Positions 57,237 to 64,000 of a stretch of DNA of 64,000 bases are shown here, one piece after another. Numbering within the stretch: position 1 is the stretch's first letter; each line of letters starts with the position of its first letter. The translations under genes were made by a program, and so were the position numbers. The notes below the pieces were generated by a model. It had not been told where the DNA came from. It did no database searches and saw nothing but the letters and a program-made list of their open reading frames with translations. Source of the DNA: Planctomycetota bacterium (lineage in GTDB: Bacteria > Planctomycetota > UBA8742 > UBA2392); NCBI GenBank assembly GCA_019636215.1, contig JAHBXZ010000011.1, positions 34,697 to 98,696 of the forward strand. Reading direction: 5' to 3'.

Positions 57237-57890
57237 TTAGGCTTCCTTTCCGGCTTTGGTGCCGTGCTTGAGCCCGCCCTTGAGCGCATCCAGGGCTTCG
57301 CGGGTCAGCAGCAGACGGCGCTGCTTCATGACCTCGTAGGCGTTGAACTCGCTGACCGGGCGGATCAGCGACTTTGGAACATTGCGCGCCGACAGGTAAA
57401 AGTTCTTGTCAGCCTTGGCCACACCCAGCAGCAGGCTGCCTTCGGCCAGACCCGCGGTTTCCAGCATGCGGGTCAGCTTGCGGGTCTGCGGCTTGTCAAA
57501 GGTCAGGCCGTCGACCACCGACACCGCGCCGCCCTTGAACCGTGCCAGCAGCGCCGACGCCAGCGCCAGGCGCCGCATCTTGGTCGGGATGCTGGAGTGA
57601 AAGTCGCGAGGGTGCGGGCCGTGCGCAACGCTGCCCTTGCGGCGGTGCGGGGCGTGCTTCTGGCCTGTGCGTGCGCGGCCGGTGCCCTTCTGCTTCCAGG
57701 GCTTCTTGTTGCTGCCGGCGACGTCACTGAGGTTCTTGGTGTTGACAGTGCCCTGGCGCTGGTTGCGCTCATAGGCGTACACAATCTCGCGCAGGGTGCG
57801 GGACTTGACCTTGTCGCCGAACACGGTTTCGTCAAAGGAGATCTTCTCCTTCGGCTTGCCGCTGGCGTCGTATACCTGGACTTCCACCAT
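57237..57890 (-). CDS. rplD: 50S ribosomal protein L4
   Basis: MVEVQVYDASGKPKEKISFDETVFG... Confidence 0.92.
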   Translation of the reverse strand: MVEVQVYDASGKPKEKISFDETVFGDKVKSRTLREIVYAYERNQRQGTVNTKNLSDVAGSNKKPWKQKGTGRARTGQKHAPHRRKGSVAHGPHPRDFHSSIPTKMRRLALASALLARFKGGAVSVVDGLTFDKPQTRKLTRMLETAGLAEGSLLLGVAKADKNFYLSARNVPKSLIRPVSEFNAYEVMKQRRLLLTREALDALKGGLKHGTKAGKEA

Positions 57891-57944
57891 TGCTTGCTCC
57901 GCTTCTCAATCCGCTTCCAAAACCACTTGCCTGTCGCCGCCCGT

Positions 57945-58625
57945 TTACTTGGCCGCGGCCTTGCGCAGTGCGCGGTCAGCCTTGGCGAATGTCTTGGCCT
58001 TGGCCTTGCGCACGGTGATAAAGGCCCCATTGAAGCCCGGCACCGCGCCGCGCAGGAAAATCAGGTTGCGTTCGCCATCCACGCGCGCGACCAGCAGGTT
58101 GCGCACCGTGATGCGTTCAACGCCCATGTGGCCGGCCATGCGCTTGCCCTTGCGCACATAGCCGATGTTCGTGTTGGTGCCCGAGCTGCCGGGTTCGCGC
58201 ATGTTCTTGGTGCCGTGCGCGGCCGGGCCGCCGCCAAAGCCGTGGCGCTTGACGCCGCCCTGGAACCCGCGGCCCTTGCTGGTGCCGATAACGTCCACCC
58301 AGTCGCCCTGCTTGAAGACTTCGGCAACCTTGACAACGTCGCCGGCCTTCTGGGTGGCAGCGGCGGAAAGCTTGATTTCCTGCAGCCGGCGGCGAGGCTC
58401 CACGCCGGCCTTCTTGAAGTGGCCCTTCAATGGCTTGCTGACGCGCGACAACCGGATGTCGCCGTAGCCGATCTGCACGGCGTCATAGCCGTCATTTTCG
58501 GAGGTCTTGACCTGTGTGACGGTGCATGGGCCGACTTCCACGATGGTCACCGGCACAACCGTGCCGTCATCGTTGAAAATCTGGCTCATCTCGCGCTTGG
58601 TACCGATCAACTGTGTCAGCGACAT
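57945..58625 (-). CDS. rplC: 50S ribosomal protein L3
   Basis: ...GTSKGRGFQGGVKRHGFGGGPAAHG... Confidence 0.93.
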   Translation of the reverse strand: MSLTQLIGTKREMSQIFNDDGTVVPVTIVEVGPCTVTQVKTSENDGYDAVQIGYGDIRLSRVSKPLKGHFKKAGVEPRRRLQEIKLSAAATQKAGDVVKVAEVFKQGDWVDVIGTSKGRGFQGGVKRHGFGGGPAAHGTKNMREPGSSGTNTNIGYVRKGKRMAGHMGVERITVRNLLVARVDGERNLIFLRGAVPGFNGAFITVRKAKAKTFAKADRALRKAAAK

Positions 58626-58732
58626 CTGCGTTTCCTCTGCTTGCTTCCTTACATACGGCCCTTGGGGTTGCCCTTTGCATCCCCTTGCCCGACGCGGTCA
58701 TGCCGTTGGTCGGGGGGCTGTTGCGGCCTGGC

Positions 58733-59050
58733 TCAGGTGTTGATGCGCACCTCGACACCGGCCGGCAGGTTCAGCGTCTGCAGCGCATCAACAGTGCGCG
58801 GGCTGGGCTGGCTGATGTAAATGAGGCGCTTGTGGGTGCGGATCTCAAACTGCTCGCGGCTTTTCTTGTCGATGTGCGGGCTGCGCAGAACGGTGTAACG
58901 CTCAATGCGCGTGGGCAGCGGAATCGGGCCGGAAACGCGCGCGCCGCTGTCCTTGGCCGATTCACAGATCTGCTTGGCCGACTGGTCCAGCAGCTCGTGG
59001 TCGTAGCCCTCAAGCCGAATCTTGATCTGCACAGCACCCTGGTTTGCCAT
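58733..59050 (-). CDS. rpsJ: 30S ribosomal protein S10
   Basis: [28 protein letters not shown]... Confidence 0.93.
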   Translation of the reverse strand: MANQGAVQIKIRLEGYDHELLDQSAKQICESAKDSGARVSGPIPLPTRIERYTVLRSPHIDKKSREQFEIRTHKRLIYISQPSPRTVDALQTLNLPAGVEVRINT

Positions 59051-59116
59051 AGCTTTGCCTTATCCTGCCGAAAGGGGCGCAGACCATAGGGCCGCACCCC
59101 GCCACCGTCAATAACC

Positions 59117-61261
59117 CTATCGCCGTGCTGCAACCCTTCCGCCCTTGGTCACGCCGCGCTCGGCAAGGATCTTGTCCTTGATGTGCGGGGGCGTGACTTC
59201 GTAACGGTAGGGCTCCATCGAATAGTTGGCACGGCCCTGGCTCAGGCCACGCACGGCCTGCACGTAGCCGAACATTTCGGAAAGCGGCACGACGGACTGG
59301 ATGATCACGATGTCCACGTCGCGCTCTGTGGCTTCAATGCGTGCGCGACGGGAGTTCAAATCGCCGATCACCGGGCCCATGAACTCTTCGGGGGTACGCA
59401 CTTCCACCTTCATCACGGGCTCAAGGATTTCCGTGCCCACTTCTTCCAGCAGCGCACGGAAGGCAATGCGCGCCGCATCGATGTAGGCGAAGTCCTTGCT
59501 GTCCACGTCGTGATAGCTGCCGTCATACACGCTGGCCTTGAAGCCCAGCACCGGGTAACCGGCAATGCCGCCCGAGGCCGCTGTGTTGCGCACGCCTTCT
59601 TCAATGTTCTTGATGAACTGGCGCGGGATGCTGCCGCCGACGGTGTCGTCCTCGAACTCCACTTTGTCGCGGGCCTCTTCAGGCAGAAGTTCCCAGCGGA
59701 TCTTGCAATGACCGTACGAACCAGCGCCGCCGCTCTGCTTCTTGTGCAGGCCTTCGGTCTCGACCGGCTGGCCGGCGCGCAGACTGACCAGTTCGCGGTA
59801 CGCCACACGGGGCTGGCCCACTGCGGCGTCGACGCGGAACTCGTTGAGAATGCGCGAGCGAATGATGTCCAAGTGCAGTTCGCCCATGCCGGAAATGACC
59901 GTCTGCTGGGTTTCCGGGTCCAGGCGCACTTTGAAGGTGGGGTCGTTCTTTGCCATCTTCTGAAGGGCCATGGCCAGCTTTTCGCGGTCGGCGTTGGACT
60001 TGGGCTCGATCGACATCGAGATCACCGTGTCCGGGAACGTGATCGCGCCCAGCACCAGCGGCTTGTCTTCAATAGACAGGGTGTCGCCGGTATAGGTGTT
60101 GTTCAGACCGACCGAGGCCACGATGTCGCCGGCTTCGGCGAACTCGAGCGTGGTACGGTCATTGGCGAACATGCGGAACAGGCGGGTGATGCGCTCGCGC
60201 CGCTTGATACGGGCGTTGTATACCGTATCGCCGCTCTTGAGTGTGCCCGAGTAGATGCGCAGATACGTCAGGTCGCCGTGCTGTTCGCTGACGGTCTTGA
60301 ACGCCATCAACGCCAGCGGCCCCTTGGGGTCGCAGGGCAGCTTGTAGTCCTTGCTGCGGTCGTCGGGATGCTCTGCGTCCTTGGCTTCGGTCGGGGGCAG
60401 ATCCAGCGGGCTGGGAAGGTACCAGATCACCGCATTGACCATGTCCTGCACACCTTTGTAGCGATAGCTGCTGCCACACACGACCGGAACCAGCTTGAAG
60501 CTGATGGTGCCCGCGCGCAACGCAGCGCGGATCATTTCCGGGGTGACCTGGTCAAGCTTGTCTTCCAGCAGCAGGTTGGCGATCGTTTCGTCGACGTCGG
60601 CGCACTTTTCAATCATGTGCACACGCGCCGCCTTGGCTTCCTCGAGCAGGTTGGCGGGAATCGGGTGGTGGACAACATCCTTGCCGCTTTCGCCTTCAAA
60701 GCTGTGGGCCTTCATGTCGATCAGGTCGATGACGCCCTTGTGCTCAACTTCTTCACCCCACGGAAGCTGCACAGGCACCGGGTTGGTGCTCAGGCGCTTT
60801 ACCATGCTTTCGACGCTCTTGCGGAAGCTGGCGCCGATCTTGTCCATCTTGTTGATGTAGGCGATGCGCGGCACGCGGTACTTGTCGGCCTGGCGCCACA
60901 CGGTTTCGCTCTGGGCCTCGACGCCTTCTTTGCCGTCGAACACCACCACTGCGCCGTCCAGCACGCGCAGGGAACGTTCTACCTCGGCCGTGAAGTCCAC
61001 GTGGCCGGGGGTATCGATCAGGTTGATGCCGAACTTCACGCCGGAAATCGGGTCGTCCCAGTACGTGCTGACGGCGGCGGACACAATCGTGATGCCGCGT
61101 TCGCGTTCCTCTTTAAGGTAGTCGGTTACGGTGGTGCCGTCATCAATGTCGCCGGGGCGATGCACCATGCCGGTGTAAAACAAAATGCGCTCGGTCGTGG
61201 TCGTCTTGCCGGCGTCGATGTGGGCACAGATGCCCATGTTTCTGAGGTACTTGAGTTCCAC
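59117..61261 (-). CDS. fusA: Elongation factor G
   Basis: ...RNMGICAHIDAGKTTTTERILFYTG... plus G1–G5 motifs; 714 aa; directly followed by rpsJ, with no tuf. Confidence 0.93.
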   Translation of the reverse strand: MELKYLRNMGICAHIDAGKTTTTERILFYTGMVHRPGDIDDGTTVTDYLKEERERGITIVSAAVSTYWDDPISGVKFGINLIDTPGHVDFTAEVERSLRVLDGAVVVFDGKEGVEAQSETVWRQADKYRVPRIAYINKMDKIGASFRKSVESMVKRLSTNPVPVQLPWGEEVEHKGVIDLIDMKAHSFEGESGKDVVHHPIPANLLEEAKAARVHMIEKCADVDETIANLLLEDKLDQVTPEMIRAALRAGTISFKLVPVVCGSSYRYKGVQDMVNAVIWYLPSPLDLPPTEAKDAEHPDDRSKDYKLPCDPKGPLALMAFKTVSEQHGDLTYLRIYSGTLKSGDTVYNARIKRRERITRLFRMFANDRTTLEFAEAGDIVASVGLNNTYTGDTLSIEDKPLVLGAITFPDTVISMSIEPKSNADREKLAMALQKMAKNDPTFKVRLDPETQQTVISGMGELHLDIIRSRILNEFRVDAAVGQPRVAYRELVSLRAGQPVETEGLHKKQSGGAGSYGHCKIRWELLPEEARDKVEFEDDTVGGSIPRQFIKNIEEGVRNTAASGGIAGYPVLGFKASVYDGSYHDVDSKDFAYIDAARIAFRALLEEVGTEILEPVMKVEVRTPEEFMGPVIGDLNSRRARIEATERDVDIVIIQSVVPLSEMFGYVQAVRGLSQGRANYSMEPYRYEVTPPHIKDKILAERGVTKGGRVAARR

Positions 61262-61312
61262 GCTGCTTCTCCGCTGCTGCTCTGGTTCGAACTACCCGCC
61301 CTGTCCTGAAAC

Positions 61313-61341
61313 AAAAAAACCGACAACCCTGTGGGCGTCGG
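61313..61341 (-). terminator. Intrinsic-terminator-like hairpin plus U-tract (minus strand) about 50 nt upstream of the fusA start
   Basis: Minus strand reads CCGAC-gcccacagggtt-GTCGG-TTTTTTT, extendable to an interrupted 8-bp stem. Confidence 0.45.
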
Positions 61342-61516
61342 CCTGGCGAACCCCAAATCCGGGTTCCCCCTGCTAGCGCCCCGAAACTTGCCCGCCACCG
61401 CGGGCAGTTTTTCCAGGCCGGCCCCGTAAGGGGCACCTTATGCAGGCCAGGCTGTGCAAGCCGCCGTGGCCGTTGTCCACTGCCTTTCCCCAGAACTGAG
61501 GGGCGGGAAGTGTAGC

Positions 61517-61547
61517 GGGAAGGCCCTTGACGTCAAGGGGCCTTCCC
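61517..61547. promoter_or_regulatory. Near-perfect 15-bp palindrome/hairpin 17 nt downstream of the rpsG stop
   Basis: gggaaggcccttgac|gtcaaggggccttccc. Confidence 0.5.
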
Positions 61548-61564
61548 GCCTTGGTTTGAAGCGT

Positions 61565-62038
61565 CTACCACGCGAAGTGGGCGAACGCCTTGTTGGCGTC
61601 GGCCATGCGGTGCGTTTCTTCACGCTTGCGCACGGCAGCACCTTCGCGCTTGTAGGCCTCACTGAGTTCATCGGCCAGGCGCTCGCTCATGGGTTTGCCC
61701 TTGCGGGCGCGGGCAGCGGCAATGATCCAGCGGAACGCCAGCGCCTGCTGGCGCTTGGCGCCGACAGCCTTGGGCACCTGGTAGGTGGCACCACCGACGC
61801 GCTTGGACCGTACCTCGACCATGGGCCGGCAGTTGTTGAGTGCCTCATTAAACACTTCAAGCGGCTCCTTTTCCGGGATCCGCTTCTTCAACGAGTCAAA
61901 GGCGTGGTACACGATCTTCTGCGCGATCGTGCGCTTGCCTTCGTACATGATCGTGTTGACGAACTTCGACACGAGCTTGCTGTTGTAGACCGGGTCGGGC
62001 TGCAGGAACCGCTCTGTCGATTTGTAGTTGCGAGGCAT
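61565..62038 (-). CDS. rpsG: 30S ribosomal protein S7
   Basis: MPRNYKSTERFLQPDPVYNSKLVSKFVN... Confidence 0.93.
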   Translation of the reverse strand: MPRNYKSTERFLQPDPVYNSKLVSKFVNTIMYEGKRTIAQKIVYHAFDSLKKRIPEKEPLEVFNEALNNCRPMVEVRSKRVGGATYQVPKAVGAKRQQALAFRWIIAAARARKGKPMSERLADELSEAYKREGAAVRKREETHRMADANKAFAHFAW

Positions 62039-62409
62039 ACGCCGTTTGCTCCGCGAAATCCGCTAAGGGGCGCGAAAGATAACAGTGAGCAATTGAGCGT
62101 CAAGCGGGGGTGATGCCGGAAACTTCCGCGCAAAGAAAAAAGAAGAATGTCTGTACCCCCGCTTGTTTGGCGGCTTCGCGGCCGGTGTCAGTCCGCAGTG
62201 AGAAGAATTTGGATTGCGCGCCACGCAAGCCGGCAGCAACGGCTCGTACACGTGCGCAGAATCGGCGCGTCAACGACCGCAGCGCGCAAACTTTCCAAAC
62301 CAAGGCAACGCCGCGTGTCAAGCGGGGGTACGGCAACTGCCCGAAACCTTTCCCGGAACATTGAAAACGCCCCGGCAAGGGCCGGGGCGTTGTTGACGTG
62401 TCAAGAGAA

Positions 62410-62781
62410 CTATTTGCCGCGCTTTGCGCCGTACTTGCTGCGGCTCTGTTTGCGGCCGTCGACCGCAGCGCAGTCCAGCGCGCCGCGCACGATGTGGTAA
62501 CGAACACCGGGAAGGTCGCGTACACGGCCGCCACGTACCAGCACAATGTTGTGTTCCTGCAGGTTGTGGCCTTCGCCCGGAATGTACGCCGTGACTTCGC
62601 GCTGGTTGCTCAGGCGGATACGCGCAATCTTGCGCAGCGCCGAGTTCGGCTTCTTGGGGGTCGTGGTCTTGACCTGCAGGCACACGCCGCGCTTGTACTG
62701 GTTGGCATCCAGCGCAGGCGACTTGCTTTTGTAGGTCTTCTTCTTGCGGCCCTTGCGGACCATCTGGTTCATTGTGGGCAT
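62410..62781 (-). CDS. rpsL: 30S ribosomal protein S12
   Basis: Start [15 protein letters not shown]... (the track ORF carries a 19-codon spurious upstream extension); ...[10 protein letters not shown]... Confidence 0.93.
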   Translation of the reverse strand: MPTMNQMVRKGRKKKTYKSKSPALDANQYKRGVCLQVKTTTPKKPNSALRKIARIRLSNQREVTAYIPGEGHNLQEHNIVLVRGGRVRDLPGVRYHIVRGALDCAAVDGRKQSRSKYGAKRGK

Positions 62782-62821
62782 GAATGGTTCCTGTCCTGCC
62801 TCCGTGGCAGGGGCGGGGAGT

Positions 62822-63919
62822 TTACTTTCCCGATTCAATTTGCAAGAGGGCAGCCCGGGCTTTGGTGCCCAGTTCTTCGGCTTCGTCTGTTGGGACCGCG
62901 ACTGCTTCCAGTGCGGCGATGGCCGTTTTCAGAGCCGCTTTCCGCCGCTGGCTGTCCGCAGGCAGGGCCAGCGCATAGCGCAAAGACAGAAGCGCATAGG
63001 CACCATCACCAAGCCCGCACTCGAGTGCGTTGGGCCACAACCCGAGATCGGCGTCGCGAATGCGGTCCGCCCATGCCACCGCGCGGTCGTTGGCACCGCC
63101 ATCAAAGTTTGCCTGCACGGCAGTCGCCACCACAACGCTGCGCCAGGGCGCGCGCCCGGTGCGATAGGCAGCCGAGTAGGCGTGCAGGAAGGCTTCCTCC
63201 GATAATGCGGCATCGAGGCTGATTCCGTACACGCCGGCATCCAGCCAGGCTCGCAGGGCCCGGGTGTGCTCATCGATGGATTCCGCCACCCTCGCGCCAC
63301 GAGTGGCAATGTCGCGAGCCTGCACAACCATGCCGTAGTCAAACAACCCTGCCGCTGCTTCGCGGCACGCGTCGGCCATGCGAAAAAGGGCCGAGGCTGT
63401 TTCGAAAGCCGCCAATGCCTCGGTGGCGGCACGCACGGCCCCAGCGGTGTCGTCGGCCCCCAACCGGATGGCTACTTCGGCCAGGCCGATCTCGCCCATC
63501 AGGCGGGGATCATCGGACAGGCCAGCGCGGGCCGATTGCAGCAGAGTCTCGGCCCGCTGGGCGTCGCGCTTGTCCCCGGCCCGGCCCCACACAGAGGCCT
63601 GCAAGGCATCCAGGTAGCGGCGCTCGCGCTGGTAATCCGGCGGAAGCTTCTCACGCGCCATATCCAGCATTGCCGAGGCCGCGGCCGTTTCGCCGTCGCC
63701 ATCCAGCAAGTCAGCAGACCGCAACTGACGAGCAACATCATCCAGCCGAAAGCCAGTTTCTGCGGTGCGATCCACCAATTCCGCAGCCGGCGGCGCGACG
63801 GCGGGCTGATCGCGGGGCGGCGTCGAACAGGCTGCCGCCATGCACAGGACCAGCGCGGCAAACACACGGAGCCCGCACCGGGCGGGCTCCGTAACTGTCT
63901 TTGGAAACTGCGGGCTCAC
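62822..63919 (-). CDS. Lipoprotein with TPR-like helical repeats
   Basis: GTG start; lipobox [12 protein letters not shown]; Ala/Leu-rich helical repeats; sits immediately upstream of rpsL. Confidence 0.5.
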   Translation of the reverse strand: MSPQFPKTVTEPARCGLRVFAALVLCMAAACSTPPRDQPAVAPPAAELVDRTAETGFRLDDVARQLRSADLLDGDGETAAASAMLDMAREKLPPDYQRERRYLDALQASVWGRAGDKRDAQRAETLLQSARAGLSDDPRLMGEIGLAEVAIRLGADDTAGAVRAATEALAAFETASALFRMADACREAAAGLFDYGMVVQARDIATRGARVAESIDEHTRALRAWLDAGVYGISLDAALSEEAFLHAYSAAYRTGRAPWRSVVVATAVQANFDGGANDRAVAWADRIRDADLGLWPNALECGLGDGAYALLSLRYALALPADSQRRKAALKTAIAALEAVAVPTDEAEELGTKARAALLQIESGK

Positions 63920-64000
63920 TAGGCGACACCCGTGGTCACTTCCTCGGCTGCTTCGCCCTCTTCGTCCTCGGTGCGACGCAGCGGCGCCGCTTTCTGGATG
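63919..64000 (-). CDS. 3' end (acidic C-terminus) of an upstream gene running off the right edge
   Basis: The minus frame reads ...IQKAAPLRRTEDEEGEAAEEVTTGVA*, with the stop overlapping the lipoprotein GTG start. Identity unknown; rpoC would be expected here by synteny. Confidence 0.3.
   Translation of the reverse strand, partial: IQKAAPLRRTEDEEGEAAEEVTTGVA

Noticed and set aside
61262-61564. Possible tRNA or small structured RNA gene in the rpsG–fusA spacer
   Set aside because: No T-loop (GGTTCGAATCC-like) or cloverleaf could be traced by eye. Only simple hairpins are present.

Overview
This 64 kb window comes from a high-GC (about 68%) bacterial chromosome, and I found no rRNA, tRNA or CRISPR array in it. 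The right-hand third (about 41.2–62.8 kb, all on the minus strand) is the conserved ribosomal super-operon. The gene order is rpsL–rpsG–fusA | rpsJ–rplCDWB–rpsS–rplV–rpsC–rplP–rpmC–rpsQ | rplNXE–rpsN(zinc-type)–rpsH–rplFR–rpsE–rplO–secY–adk–infA–rpmJ–rpsMK–rpoA–rplQ, followed directly by trmD–rplS and a YraN-like gene. There is no tuf, rpmD (L30) or map, and several of these proteins carry Lys/Ala/Pro-rich low-complexity extensions (L29, L22, L19, S5, Adk). These features resemble Planctomycetota/PVC-like lineages, but that attribution is a guess. The left two thirds are accessory-like. They hold two methyltransferases and a MITE/REP-like repeat; a GNAT–PBP4(DacB)–VanZ cell-wall module; a 1,496-aa secreted TPR/PQQ-propeller protein; a KpsF/KdsD isomerase; and an SRPBCC/zinc-ribbon/class-III nucleotidyl-cyclase protein beside an EF-hand membrane protein. 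They also hold prfB with its programmed +1 frameshift, four tandem family-5 substrate-binding proteins plus two ABC permeases (no ATPase), and bioD. Two candidates are most worth follow-up. The first is a tightly packed minus-strand operon: sigma-54 promoter, beta-barrel OMP, sensor kinase, NtrC-type activator, periplasmic coiled-coil protein and two paralogous secreted QW-motif (terpene-cyclase/prenyltransferase-fold) proteins. The second is a translationally coupled operon: XPB/Ssl2-type helicase, a 65-aa protein and a 570-aa uncharacterised partner. Many long antisense ORFs in the six-frame track are GC-driven artefacts and were rejected.
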